This document shows positions 37,635 to 47,916 of a DNA stretch of 64,000 nt, in pieces (within the stretch, counting starts at the first letter, position 1; every line of letters starts with the position of its first letter). The stretch spans positions 125,681 to 189,680 of the forward strand of contig CAWBPM010000003.1 in the NCBI GenBank assembly GCA_963790825.1, written 5' to 3'. A model generated the notes under the pieces. It saw nothing but the letters and a program-made list of their open reading frames with translations, did not search any database and was not told where the DNA came from. A program made the translations under genes and the position numbers. The DNA comes from Candidatus Levyibacteriota bacterium (GTDB lineage Bacteria > Patescibacteriota > Microgenomatia > Levybacterales > UBA12049).

Positions 37635-39251
37635 TTATTTGCCGGCGTAGTGGATCAATCGATATACTCTTACGACTGAAATACTCCACTCTCCTTCTAT
37701 TTCTGCTCTGCCGAAGCCTGCAATTTCCCACAGAGGATTACCAAGTGGCTTACAGCCCAAATCTTCACAAACAATAAGCAGCTGGTCGGTAACAGTCGTG
37801 CGCTTTGGATCAATCATCAAGTTCTGAATAGTAACCGGCGAGTGATGGTAAATTTCAAAATAATACAGATAGGCATAATCGGAGTTACCGGGCGTGATAA
37901 GTGCAAAATTAAACGGTTTGTTGTTGGTTTTTGATAAAACAAATTCTGAGATTTTTTCTACTTGATCCTTCTGTTTATTCGGAGTATACCATAGCTCATT
38001 TTGAGAAATATTTAGCCAAAGTAGTACCCCGAGAGTTATTAGGCAAATAATGTTTCCAATCGGTTGCAGTTTTTTTCCCTGAAAAATAAATGAGAATAAA
38101 TTACCGATTAGCAGAAACGGCAGCGGAAACATGAACTCAAAATAATAATCATAAATCGGTTTGTGGTAAAAGCCGAAAAGCAGGACACCGAAAAAGAACC
38201 AAAGAAACAGCAAGAGAGCGGCAAGTTTGTTTTTTAACCAGTACAAAAGCACAATCGATGTAAGAGACAAAGTCCATATCATGATTTGCCAAAAAGACAA
38301 AACAAACGGGTTAAATCTGGCAAATTGATCTACAGGATATCCTGCGATGAGATGCCCGAACAACCGGAAATATACGTCTCCTATGATTTGGAAAAATCCG
38401 CTAGAAATACTATTCGGATCATGCATATTACCATAAGTTACAAAATGGAGGATAGTCCTCGTATTCGCAAAATCATGCCGGAACTCAAAAAGAAGAAATG
38501 GTAAAAATCCAACCAGAAAGCCGAGAAAAATAAGAAGATAGTTTTTACATAACATAGTTACATTTGTCATGCTGAGGCGTAGCCGAAGCATCCCCTTACG
38601 AGCAATCTGAGATCCTTCTCCTTCGACAAGCTCAGGATCAGGATGATGAACAAAGTTTGCAATCAGTACAAAAAAGAAAATAATAGGTGCGACAAATGTT
38701 TCAATATAATGTAGTTGTAATGCGATTCCATAGAGAATGCCGACCAGGAGAAATTTTTTCCAACTGTTTTTTAAGATTGTTAAATACAAAAGATAAAGTA
38801 GTAACAACGTAAAAAAGGGCATAGGATTTGGATTCCAGGAAGAACGTGAGTAGGTCAGAACCAAAGGAGAAATAGTGTATAAGAGGGCCGCTATAAGACC
38901 GGCGGTTTCATTAAAGAATCTTTTTCCAATATAATAAATTAACCAAACTGTGGTAATGCCTAAAAGTGCAATCATGACAGCAGGACCGACAGGGTCGAGA
39001 TGAAACAGCCAGAGAAACGGAGCCATGAAATAGTAATAAATCGGACCGGTAAAAAAATCACCGGCAGAGGCCCTCGGACCAAGTAGGGTAAATTGCCCCT
39101 CTAAGATATGTTTTACTACTAATACGTCCCGTCCTTCATCTCCCAGGAAGGTCATATAATCTGAAATCCTGTAGAGTCTGAGAAAGGCAGCCAGAAGAAG
39201 GATAAGACCCAACAAAATTGTTGTCTTATATTTTTGTATGTTTTTTCTCAT
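37635..39251 (-). CDS. GT-C fold membrane glycosyltransferase (ArnT/PMT, GT39/GT83-like)
   Basis: YRISDYMTFLGDEGRDVLV N-terminal DE-loop motif and ~12 TM helices. Contains an in-frame GC-rich patch (HHPDPELVEGEGSQIARKG). Confidence 0.6.
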   Translation of the reverse strand: MRKNIQKYKTTILLGLILLLAAFLRLYRISDYMTFLGDEGRDVLVVKHILEGQFTLLGPRASAGDFFTGPIYYYFMAPFLWLFHLDPVGPAVMIALLGITTVWLIYYIGKRFFNETAGLIAALLYTISPLVLTYSRSSWNPNPMPFFTLLLLYLLYLTILKNSWKKFLLVGILYGIALQLHYIETFVAPIIFFFVLIANFVHHPDPELVEGEGSQIARKGMLRLRLSMTNVTMLCKNYLLIFLGFLVGFLPFLLFEFRHDFANTRTILHFVTYGNMHDPNSISSGFFQIIGDVYFRLFGHLIAGYPVDQFARFNPFVLSFWQIMIWTLSLTSIVLLYWLKNKLAALLLFLWFFFGVLLFGFYHKPIYDYYFEFMFPLPFLLIGNLFSFIFQGKKLQPIGNIICLITLGVLLWLNISQNELWYTPNKQKDQVEKISEFVLSKTNNKPFNFALITPGNSDYAYLYYFEIYHHSPVTIQNLMIDPKRTTVTDQLLIVCEDLGCKPLGNPLWEIAGFGRAEIEGEWSISVVRVYRLIHYAGK

Positions 39252-40473
39252 TTTTTAAATATTGTGTCTTCCAAATAAGCTTATTATAAATAAGATAATT
39301 AAGAGGAAGCACGAGGAAAATAATAGTCGGGAATAGGATGAGAATACGAACAGGCACCGCATAGCTGAATATCAACATATAATTGCCAAGCATCTTCACC
39401 CCGACCCAGACGGCAAAAAACTGAATGAAAATAGAAGCAAGAGACGTCAGATTAAATTTCAGAAGACGCATAAAGATATTCGAGCTTTGCTTAATGTGAT
39501 GCGTATCTTGAAATGTCCAACTATTGTTAAGCATAAAATTGGATAGAATTGCTGCTTCAGCACCGATTGCGGCACCGACACCTTGAGACAGAGAGAGAAG
39601 ATCGGTGTGCGTTGTAAAAAGATTCGTGAAAAGACTTAACCATGTCGTTAAGACAAGTGCCAAACCAAGGCGAATTGTAGCTTCTTGAAAGACCACTTGT
39701 ACGATAAATCCTGTTCCGCCTACGAAAAGAAATTTAATCATCCGTTTACGGTCATCTATTGCCAGCCGGACCACTACATATAGCGAATCAAACTGGTCTT
39801 TCTTGCTAATTTTGCTGGTACCTTTTTCTCTATCTAAAAACGCAATCGGCACTTCGCTGACTTTTGCTCCTGATTTTATAATCTCATGCAGAATGTGCAT
39901 TTTATATGCAAATTGGTAGGAAAGGAGATGATCGAGATCGACTTTTTTTAAGTAGGACGTTTTGGTAAGCTTAAATCCTGACGTCATATCATGGATGCGA
40001 AAATTCAACCAGACTACCTGGGTAAAGAGGCTCCCGAAAACACTTAAGATTTTTCTATCGAGTCCCCAATCTTCAGGAATTGATCCGCCAGACACATAGC
40101 GACTGCCGATAACATAATCCGCTCCCTTATCCATCGCCGAGATTATACGTGGAATATCATGCGGATTATGTTGAAAATCCGAATCAAACTCCATAACCGC
40201 ATCTGCTTTCATTCTGTCCATGGCATAACGCATTCCACGCACATAAGCAGCACCTAAGCCTTTTTTCTCACCTGATAGAAGCTCAATATTATTCCATTTC
40301 TTCATATCTCGCTTTACAACCTCTGCCGTACCGTCCGGAGAATTATCATCAACGACCAGGATTTTCATTTCATGATTTTTGATCTGAGGAAAGATCTTTT
40401 CTTCGAGAACTGGTAACATTTTTTCAATGTTTACTTTTTCATTGTAGGTAGGCAAAATGACGACGATTTTCAT
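39226..40473 (-). CDS. Polyprenol-phosphate mannosyl/glycosyl transferase (GT2, Dpm1/Ppm1-like) fused to a GtrA-like C-terminal membrane domain
   Basis: ILPTYNEKVNI, VVDDNSPDGT and DSDFQHNP motifs. C-terminal 4-TM GtrA-like region. Confidence 0.75.
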   Translation of the reverse strand: MKIVVILPTYNEKVNIEKMLPVLEEKIFPQIKNHEMKILVVDDNSPDGTAEVVKRDMKKWNNIELLSGEKKGLGAAYVRGMRYAMDRMKADAVMEFDSDFQHNPHDIPRIISAMDKGADYVIGSRYVSGGSIPEDWGLDRKILSVFGSLFTQVVWLNFRIHDMTSGFKLTKTSYLKKVDLDHLLSYQFAYKMHILHEIIKSGAKVSEVPIAFLDREKGTSKISKKDQFDSLYVVVRLAIDDRKRMIKFLFVGGTGFIVQVVFQEATIRLGLALVLTTWLSLFTNLFTTHTDLLSLSQGVGAAIGAEAAILSNFMLNNSWTFQDTHHIKQSSNIFMRLLKFNLTSLASIFIQFFAVWVGVKMLGNYMLIFSYAVPVRILILFPTIIFLVLPLNYLIYNKLIWKTQYLKNEKKHTKI

Positions 40474-41423
40474 AAGTTCTTAAAATATTGTACTGTTTTT
40501 TTAAGTCCTTCCTCAAGTGTTACTTTTGCTGTCCAACCTAAAAGCTCTTTTGCTTTGCTGATATCCGGTCTTCTTCTGATAGGATCGTCTTTCGGCAGTT
40601 TTTCACTTAAAATAATTTCACTTCCGGAGTTTGTTATTTTTTTTACCAGAGTTGCATATTCTGAAACTGTATGTTCTTCCGGATTTCCGATATTGACTAC
40701 TTCTCCCGCCAGTCCGGGGGTAAACATAAGGCGCATAAGCCCCTCAACTGTATCAGATACGAAGTTTAATGATCTGGTTTGGGTACCGTCGCCAAACAGA
40801 GTAATCGGCTCCCCCTTTAAAGCTTGAAGAATAAAAACAACAATCATTCGCTTATCTTCTTTTAGCATTCGGGGACCGTAGGTATTAAAAACACGCGCGA
40901 TCCGTCCATCAAGTTCTTCATCCCGCGTAAAATAAGAAACAAGTGTTTCTCCGAACCGTTTCGCTTCGTCATAAACTGAACGCGGACCGGTAGTCGAAAC
41001 ATTTCCCAAGTATGTTTCTTTTTGCGGATGCTCTAAAGGATTCCCATAGACTTCCGATGACGAGGTATAGAGAAATTTTGCATTATGTTTTTTCGCTACT
41101 TTTAATAATTCCAATGTTCCGGTAGTATTTACCAGCATCGTCTGAAGAGGAAGCGCGTGATAACTTAATTTACTATGATGATTAGGTGACGCGGGAGAGG
41201 CCAAATGAAACAATGCATCAATTTTTCCAATATCAGGAAGGGGATTAATTACGTCATGGTGGAGAAAAGTGAAATTTTTATATTCTTTTAGTAAACTAAC
41301 ATTTCTTTCAGAACTTGTCAGAAGATTATCAACACAGATGACTTCATATCCACCCCCAAGTAATCTTTCACAAAGATGAGATCCAATAAATCCAGCACCA
41401 CCAGTTACGATAATTCTTTGCAT
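40470..41423 (-). CDS. UDP-glucuronate decarboxylase (UDP-xylose synthase), SDR family
   Basis: VTGGAGFIGSHLCERLL, YxxxK region, and high similarity pattern to UXS/ArnA C-terminal decarboxylases (DNLLTSS...NPLEHPQKETY). Confidence 0.7.
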   Translation of the reverse strand: MQRIIVTGGAGFIGSHLCERLLGGGYEVICVDNLLTSSERNVSLLKEYKNFTFLHHDVINPLPDIGKIDALFHLASPASPNHHSKLSYHALPLQTMLVNTTGTLELLKVAKKHNAKFLYTSSSEVYGNPLEHPQKETYLGNVSTTGPRSVYDEAKRFGETLVSYFTRDEELDGRIARVFNTYGPRMLKEDKRMIVVFILQALKGEPITLFGDGTQTRSLNFVSDTVEGLMRLMFTPGLAGEVVNIGNPEEHTVSEYATLVKKITNSGSEIILSEKLPKDDPIRRRPDISKAKELLGWTAKVTLEEGLKKTVQYFKNL

Positions 41424-41507
41424 AATAAAAAATCGTCATGCTAGATGCTTACAGTTCCTAAGTTGCGTATGTCTGCTGCATCATTTAGGAAGACGACTCT
41501 GTAATTT

Positions 41508-42479
41508 TCATTCATTCTTTTTTTCAATTTCAAGATCCGCTTTTACCATCATTTCCACCAACTCTTTAAATGAAGTTTTTGCTGTCCATCCTAATTTTTC
41601 TTTTGCTTTGCTGCTATCGGCAATGAGGTAATCAACTTCTGCCGGGCGGAGATGTTTTGGACTGTTCGAAATAATATAATCCTGCCAGTTTTCAATACCA
41701 ACATATTGAAATGCAAGCCTGGCAAACTCCGAAACAGAGTGAGTTTCTCCTGTTCCGATAACATAATCGTCCGGCGTTTCCTTTTGTAGCATTAACCACA
41801 TTGCTTCAACGTAATCACCGGCAAATCCCCAGTCCCTCTTGGAATCCATATTACCAAGCTCTACTTTTTCTTGTTTACCAAGACTTATTCGAGCAACTGC
41901 ATTGGCAATTTTTCGTGTCACAAACTCTATACCGCGACGTGGTGATTCGTGATTAAAAAGAATGCCGTTACAGGCAAACATATCATAACTTTCTCGATAA
42001 TTCAGTGTAATATAATGTCCATAGACTTTCGCAACACCATAAGGGCTACGTGGATAAAAACGAGTCGTCTCCCTTTGCGGTGTTTCGGTAACTTTGCCAA
42101 ACATTTCGCTTGATGATGCTTGATAGAATTTGATTTTTTTATTCACCTTTCGTATTGCCTCAAGAACACGAGTCACGCCAAGTGCGGTAAATTCCCCAGT
42201 CAATACAGGTTGATCAAAAGACGTCTTCACAAAAGACATTGCTGCTAAGTTATAAACTTCATCTGGCTCTGCTGCTTCAATTGCTTCTGTAAGGGAGCTT
42301 TGGTCAAGAAGATCTGCAGATAATAACTCGAGTTTATGCTGAATATGACTGATGTTTTGAATATTAGGAGTACTGAGTCTCCTGACCGTCCCAAAAACTT
42401 TATATCCTTTTTTTAATAAAAATTCTGCCAAGTATGACCCGTCTTGACCAGTAATACCAGTAATGAGTGCATGTTTCAT
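41508..42479 (-). CDS. gmd: GDP-mannose 4,6-dehydratase
   Basis: [28 protein letters not shown]-terminus, catalytic [10 protein letters not shown], and ends ...EMMVKADLE. Confidence 0.85.
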   Translation of the reverse strand: MKHALITGITGQDGSYLAEFLLKKGYKVFGTVRRLSTPNIQNISHIQHKLELLSADLLDQSSLTEAIEAAEPDEVYNLAAMSFVKTSFDQPVLTGEFTALGVTRVLEAIRKVNKKIKFYQASSSEMFGKVTETPQRETTRFYPRSPYGVAKVYGHYITLNYRESYDMFACNGILFNHESPRRGIEFVTRKIANAVARISLGKQEKVELGNMDSKRDWGFAGDYVEAMWLMLQKETPDDYVIGTGETHSVSEFARLAFQYVGIENWQDYIISNSPKHLRPAEVDYLIADSSKAKEKLGWTAKTSFKELVEMMVKADLEIEKKNE

Positions 42480-42488
42480 AAATTTATT

Positions 42489-43451
42489 TTATACTACCCC
42501 TCGCCAATACTCAAGCGTATCTCTCAAGGTTTGTTCAATTGGTACTTTGGGTTTCCAGCCGGTTAAATTTTCAAGTTTAGCCGGGTTGCAGACAATATCG
42601 GGTATATCATTTGGGCGGGACAGATTTTTATCAATTCGTACTTCAATTTTGCTGTGGGAAAACGACAATAGTTTGCTCAGTAAATCACCAATCTTATGTG
42701 ACTTACCGCTGCCGAGATTATATACATCTCCCGCAATACCTTTTTCCATAAGCAGACTGTACGCCCGGACCATATCACGTACATCGGTAAAGTCGCGTTT
42801 GGCATCCAGATTACCAACAGTTAGAACCGATTTGCGCTTGCCTTTCTCGATTGCAGCGATTTGTTTGCAAAATGCTGAGATAACTAAATGATCCGAAAGC
42901 CTTGATCCTGCGTGATTAAAGGGACGGGCACGAATTATTTGCATATTGTATGCGTTGAAGTACTGGAGTCCCATGAAGTCTTGGGTGATTTTGGATACAT
43001 CATACGGGGTAGCTGGAGAAAGCGGCGTTTCTTCATCAACCGGCAAATCCTCCGGTTTTACTCTGCCATAAATCATGCCTGACCCGATTATTAATACTCG
43101 CGAGGAAAATAATTTTTGCTTACGGAGCGCTTCCAAAATGTACAATTCCGCATTAATATTATTTGACAAAAAACTGGCCGGATCATTCAAACTTTCTGCC
43201 GTTGAAGGAAGAGCCGCAAGGTGATAAACCTGTTCCGGCTCTATAGAGGAAATTAATTTCCGCACCGCAGTAAAATCTGTTAAATTTACTTTGGTCAATC
43301 TAAGCTTATTTTTAATATCGGCAAGATTTTCCAAACCACTATCCAAAACGTACGTACCATATATTTCAATATCAGACTCCGAAATAAGTAAATGTTCTGC
43401 CAGATGACTTCCGGCAAATCCCGAGATGCCTGTGATAAATACTTTTTTCAT
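42489..43451 (-). CDS. NAD-dependent 6-deoxyhexose 4-reductase, Rmd-like (GDP-4-keto-6-deoxy-D-mannose reductase); possibly GDP-fucose synthase
   Basis: ITGISGFAGSHLAEHLL Rossmann motif and YDVSKITQD catalytic YxxxK. Adjacent to gmd. Confidence 0.55.
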   Translation of the reverse strand: MKKVFITGISGFAGSHLAEHLLISESDIEIYGTYVLDSGLENLADIKNKLRLTKVNLTDFTAVRKLISSIEPEQVYHLAALPSTAESLNDPASFLSNNINAELYILEALRKQKLFSSRVLIIGSGMIYGRVKPEDLPVDEETPLSPATPYDVSKITQDFMGLQYFNAYNMQIIRARPFNHAGSRLSDHLVISAFCKQIAAIEKGKRKSVLTVGNLDAKRDFTDVRDMVRAYSLLMEKGIAGDVYNLGSGKSHKIGDLLSKLLSFSHSKIEVRIDKNLSRPNDIPDIVCNPAKLENLTGWKPKVPIEQTLRDTLEYWRGVV

Positions 43452-44734
43452 CTCCCGACTCCTTGATAGGTGAATCCTAATTCTTTCATTATACGCGGAT
43501 CATAGATATTTCGTCCGTCAATAATCATAGGTGTTTTCATAAGATTTTTTACTTTTCCTAAATCAGGATCTTTGAATTCGTTCCATTCTGTTAATACTGC
43601 AAGGAGTGAAACGTCTTTTATCGCATCATATGGATTATCGAAATAAGTAATTCTGTCTTTGAAAACACCTTTTGTTTTTTCTATTGCTTCGGGATCATAG
43701 ACATTGATGGTGAAACCAGCTTTCAGAAGATCTTCAATGATATAAATTGCCGGAGCTTCTCTGATATCGTCAGTATTTGGTTTGAAACTCAGTCCCCAAA
43801 TAGCGATATGCTTGTCTTTCGTGTTATGTAAAATTTTATTCAAAACGTTTTGCCTCGCGTCTGAGTTCACTTTATCTACTCCTTCAAGTAACATCGTATC
43901 AATACCTAAAGATTTGCCAATTTGAATCAATGCTTTTGTGTCTTTGGGGAAACAGGACCCTCCGTACCCAACACCCGGATTCATAAAAACTCTGCCAATA
44001 CGTTTATCCAGCCCTACTGCATCGAGAACCGATTCAACATTGGCACCGGTTTTCTCGCTATACAATGCAATAAGATTCGCAAAAGAAATCTTAGTCGAGA
44101 GCATCGCGTTTGCGGTATATTTGATCAGCTCAGCCGATGCGAGATCTGTCACGATTTTCTGAGCCGGAATTGATTCATGAAGCCTAAGCATCATATCTAT
44201 TGCTTTTTGAGAGTCAGAACCGATAACCACTCTGTCCGGATTCATAGTGTTTGCTACTGCAGTTCCCTGACTTAAAAACTCAGGACATGAGGCGATTGCG
44301 AACTGCGCATATTGTGGTTTAACACTATTAATAATTTCTGCGACCTTTTTATTTGTACCAATAGTAACGGTACTTTTGCAGGAAACGACAGTAAAGCCCG
44401 CCTTCAGATGCCTGCCGACCTCTTCCGCAACGGTAAAAACAGCCGACAGATCTGCTGCACCTGAAGTCTGAGGAGGCGTGCCAACCGCAATAAAGACAAC
44501 ATCTGACGGCTTAACCGCTTCTTCGTAGTTCAGAGTAAAATGAATCCTTCCCGCTTGAAGATTTTTTTTCAGAAGTTCCGTGAGGCCTGGCTCATAAATA
44601 ATCGGGTCTCCTTTTTTCAGTCTCTCAATCTTCTCAGGAGTATGTCCGACAACCCACACAGTATTGCCAAGACCAGCAAATACCGCTGCAGTTACCAAAC
44701 CAACATACCCATGCCCGATAAAAGTTATTGTCAT
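43448..44734 (-). CDS. ugd: UDP-glucose 6-dehydrogenase
   Basis: MTITFIGHGYVGLVTA N-terminus, catalytic GGSCFPKD. ~428 aa. ATG at 44734 preferred. Confidence 0.85.
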   Translation of the reverse strand: MTITFIGHGYVGLVTAAVFAGLGNTVWVVGHTPEKIERLKKGDPIIYEPGLTELLKKNLQAGRIHFTLNYEEAVKPSDVVFIAVGTPPQTSGAADLSAVFTVAEEVGRHLKAGFTVVSCKSTVTIGTNKKVAEIINSVKPQYAQFAIASCPEFLSQGTAVANTMNPDRVVIGSDSQKAIDMMLRLHESIPAQKIVTDLASAELIKYTANAMLSTKISFANLIALYSEKTGANVESVLDAVGLDKRIGRVFMNPGVGYGGSCFPKDTKALIQIGKSLGIDTMLLEGVDKVNSDARQNVLNKILHNTKDKHIAIWGLSFKPNTDDIREAPAIYIIEDLLKAGFTINVYDPEAIEKTKGVFKDRITYFDNPYDAIKDVSLLAVLTEWNEFKDPDLGKVKNLMKTPMIIDGRNIYDPRIMKELGFTYQGVGR

Positions 44735-44745
44735 ATAGTAATAAA

Positions 44746-44768
44746 AGTCACTGCGGGGAACGCAGTGA
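44746..44768. other. Perfect 9-bp GC-rich hairpin (gtcactgcg-gggaa-cgcagtgac) between rmlD and ugd
   Basis: Seen directly. Overlaps the last codons of rmlD. Confidence 0.6.
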
Positions 44769-45629
44769 CGAAGCAATCTTTCTTAAACCATCATCAAACG
44801 ATATCAATGACAGCCCAAGTTTTTTTATTTTATCATTTTTCAGTGATGTATTAAAGGGCCGTGTCGCTTTACCTGAAAAATATTTTTCTCTGGTAGTTGG
44901 GGAAATGAGTGATTTATTAAAAGCGAAAGTTTCAGCAATCGCTAATGCTGCACCGTAAGGAGTAGTAATTTGTGTTCCCCCGACATGATAAAGCCCTGTT
45001 GCATTCTTGTGTAATAAGCTGTCAATTAACAATGCAATGTCATCAATCCATGTTGGAGTAAATTTTTCATCAGTTATACCGGCAACCTTCTGTCCGTTTA
45101 GCAAACGAGAATACATCACTGAAACAAAGTGTTTATTTGAAGTCAAGAAAGTATAAGGAAAAGCCAGCCTGATAATAATAAACGCGCTATTTGAATGCAT
45201 TATTAGCTCATCTGCTTTAGCTTTAGTTATCCCGTACCAATTAATAGGGTTCATGGTATCATTTTCCGAATATCCATCTGATGGAGCATTCTCGCCATCG
45301 AAAACAAAGTCTGTAGAAATATGTAAAAGTTTTTTGCCTGTTTTTTGACAGGCATCAACGATATTTTTTACCCCGTTTACATTTATCCTCCATGTCTCTC
45401 CCGATTCTCCAAGCGTTTTATCCAGTTCACATGCGTCGACATTTGTTTTTGCAGCAAAATTAAAAATGATTGGAGCATCTGAAGTAGAAATTTTTTGCAG
45501 AACCTGATTTTCACTTACGATATCTATTCCTGTTGCTCGGCTGACATTTTCAAACTGATACGAATCATGTAAGAGTTGAACAACTCTTGTTCCCACCATG
45601 CCGTTTAATCCAAACCCAAGTATTTTCAT
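44748..45629 (-). CDS. rmlD: dTDP-4-dehydrorhamnose reductase
   Basis: ISTDFVFDG and NWYGITKAKADE (YxxxK) motifs. 293 aa. Confidence 0.8.
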   Translation of the reverse strand: MKILGFGLNGMVGTRVVQLLHDSYQFENVSRATGIDIVSENQVLQKISTSDAPIIFNFAAKTNVDACELDKTLGESGETWRINVNGVKNIVDACQKTGKKLLHISTDFVFDGENAPSDGYSENDTMNPINWYGITKAKADELIMHSNSAFIIIRLAFPYTFLTSNKHFVSVMYSRLLNGQKVAGITDEKFTPTWIDDIALLIDSLLHKNATGLYHVGGTQITTPYGAALAIAETFAFNKSLISPTTREKYFSGKATRPFNTSLKNDKIKKLGLSLISFDDGLRKIASSLRSPQ

Positions 45630-46642
45630 ACTGCAGTACCATATTGTTTCCCATAGTAACTTTTATATTCACCTGATTTAATATTTTTCCACCATTCTTC
45701 ATGCGTTTTATACCAATCAATGGTCTTCGCAAGCCACTCGTCAAAACTGTAAAGTGGCTTCCAGCCTAATTCATTTTTGATTTTTGACCAATCAACATCG
45801 TATTTACGGTCATGACCGGGTCTGTCTTTTACGAACTCAATATAACTTTCATCTTTCTGTAGAATTTTCAAAACCATCTTGGCAACTTCGAGATTATTAT
45901 AAAGTTTAGTCATGCCACCCACGAGATATGTTTCCCCAATTTTTCCTCTTTGTAAAACCAAATCAATAGCCCGACAGTGATCTTCAACATGCAACCAATC
46001 TCGAACATATAATCCGTCTCCATATATTGGAATTTTTTTACTTTCCAAAAGATTAGTAATCATCAGTGGTATAAATTTTTCTGGAAAATGATATGGTCCG
46101 AAATTATTTGAACAATTTGTAATCGTTATGGGTAATCCGTACGTAATATGGTATGCTCTTACAATATAATCTGAACCGGCTTTGCTAGCTGAATAAGGAC
46201 TTCTGGGATTATAATTTGTTCGTTCATTAAACTTATTCGTATCTTCTAATTTAAGGCTTCCGAACACTTCGTCTGTTGATACATGGTGAAAATGTTTCAC
46301 TTTTGCTTTCAATGCAGTATCAAGTAAAACTTGTGTGCCGACAACATTTGTCATGACGAAAGCTGCCGGTTCCATGATTGACCTGTCAACATGTGATTCT
46401 GCAGCAAAATGGACAACAGTATCAATTCCTGCCATTGCTTTCGCAACTGTTTCCGGATCACAAATATCACCATGTTTGAAAGAATAATGTGGATTATCGG
46501 TAACATCGGTAAGATTCTCTAAGTTACCGGCATAAGTTAATTTATCAAAGTTAACAACGTAATCATTCGGATGATTTTTTAACCAATAATGAATAAAATT
46601 GGAGCCGATAAATCCTGCTCCACCAGTTACTAATAATTTCAT
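45626..46642 (-). CDS. rmlB: dTDP-glucose 4,6-dehydratase
   Basis: LLVTGGAGFIGSNFIHY, HFAAESHVDRS, YSASKAGSDY motifs. Confidence 0.85.
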   Translation of the reverse strand: MKLLVTGGAGFIGSNFIHYWLKNHPNDYVVNFDKLTYAGNLENLTDVTDNPHYSFKHGDICDPETVAKAMAGIDTVVHFAAESHVDRSIMEPAAFVMTNVVGTQVLLDTALKAKVKHFHHVSTDEVFGSLKLEDTNKFNERTNYNPRSPYSASKAGSDYIVRAYHITYGLPITITNCSNNFGPYHFPEKFIPLMITNLLESKKIPIYGDGLYVRDWLHVEDHCRAIDLVLQRGKIGETYLVGGMTKLYNNLEVAKMVLKILQKDESYIEFVKDRPGHDRKYDVDWSKIKNELGWKPLYSFDEWLAKTIDWYKTHEEWWKNIKSGEYKSYYGKQYGTAV

Positions 46643-47106
46643 TTCACAATCCCTTGCCGTAATTCTTCTTCAGAATATTCTACCTGTTCATCTTTGAGAG
46701 TAGGATCATAAGCAGGATCGGGGTAATTCACGAGCCAGCCGTCTTCGTCTCCAATATTTAATAATCCCGTTGCAATTTCTTTGGGGATAAATAAACGGGT
46801 AGGTGTAGTCGCATCTAAGATATGCTCTTCCCGCTCCTGCGTTCCCGGTTTCCAGAGAATAATTTTCATTCTGCCTTTGAGACAAACATAGCGGGCTGCA
46901 CGCACCCGATGCAGGTGATAGCCTTTAAATGCTCCCTGTTTTGCAGCTGATAAATATACTTCTGTTTTGACTCCGTCTGCGCTTTTAAATAACTCTATGA
47001 GAAATCCGTTTTCCTGACCCTGGTGTTCTTTGGTTGTTACTTTTTTTGCATCTTCTACTATTCCAATCACACCGTCCCACCTGCCTTTTTGGGTCTTTCC
47101 GCCCAA
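46639..47106 (-). CDS. Cupin-fold sugar-nucleotide isomerase/epimerase in the RmlC position; resembles FdtA/WxcM 3,4-ketoisomerases
   Basis: ENGFLIELFKS...KGYHLHRVRAARYVCLKGRMKIILW. Start uncertain; the ORF overlaps the rmlA 3' end by 40 nt. Confidence 0.5.
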   Translation of the reverse strand: MGGKTQKGRWDGVIGIVEDAKKVTTKEHQGQENGFLIELFKSADGVKTEVYLSAAKQGAFKGYHLHRVRAARYVCLKGRMKIILWKPGTQEREEHILDATTPTRLFIPKEIATGLLNIGDEDGWLVNYPDPAYDPTLKDEQVEYSEEELRQGIVK

Positions 47107-47807
47107 TATTTATTCGCTAGATAAAGACTGTGAAACGTTCCTGCATCACTCCAAAAACCTTTTAACTCGGCCCATTGAAGTTTTCCTTCTTTAATATATA
47201 CATTGTTCACATCGGTAATTTCCAGCTCTCCCCGACCCGAAGGCACGATTTTACTAATATGGTCAAAAACTTTCCTATCGTACAGATAGAGTCCTGTTAC
47301 TGCCATATCGCTTACCGGCTGTTTAGGTTTTTCGTCAATACGAATTACTTTTTTCGGATCTTGCGGATCAAATACAGCGACACCGAAACGCTTCGGATCA
47401 GGTACTTTTTTAAGAAAAATCATTGCACCATCTTTAAAGCCTTGGACAGCCTCTGAGATATCGGCATCAGTCGTATTATCGCCGAGAATTACCGCAATAT
47501 TTTCACCATCTGCAAAATCTTTTGCCAGAGATAGCGCATCAGCGATACCACCATCCGGTTTTTCTTGATAAGCATATTCAAGATGTGTCACGCCCAGCTC
47601 TTTGCCATTTTTGAGTATCCCTAGGAACTGGCCGACATGAGGTCCGCTGGTAACAATCAAAATCTCAGCGATACCTGCAGAAACCAGAAGAGAAATGGGA
47701 TAATAAATCATTGGTCTATCATACACTGGAAGTAAGTGTTTATTAGCCACATGAGTAAGCGGATATAGCCTTGTTCCTAAGCCGCCTGCTAAAATAATTC
47801 CTTTCAT
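47067..47807 (-). CDS. rmlA: Glucose-1-phosphate thymidylyltransferase family sugar nucleotidyltransferase
   Basis: MKGIILAGGLGTRLYPLT N-terminus. Short form (~246 aa). ATG at 47807. Confidence 0.7.
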   Translation of the reverse strand: MKGIILAGGLGTRLYPLTHVANKHLLPVYDRPMIYYPISLLVSAGIAEILIVTSGPHVGQFLGILKNGKELGVTHLEYAYQEKPDGGIADALSLAKDFADGENIAVILGDNTTDADISEAVQGFKDGAMIFLKKVPDPKRFGVAVFDPQDPKKVIRIDEKPKQPVSDMAVTGLYLYDRKVFDHISKIVPSGRGELEITDVNNVYIKEGKLQWAELKGFWSDAGTFHSLYLANKYWAERPKKAGGTV

Positions 47808-47916
47808 AAACGGTACAGTTATTATACCATATTTCATATTTCACTACATGTATATGCAGCCTTGCCAAAAATCATCATCCATCTTTACATGAGTTGGTGT
47901 AGTATAATAAATAGAT

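Noticed and set aside
46639-47106. Calling the cupin gene rmlC outright.
   Set aside because: The motif pattern (HLH...C..G, ~150 aa, WxcM-like) fits FdtA-type 3,4-ketoisomerases better than RmlC. It is left as an ambiguous cupin.
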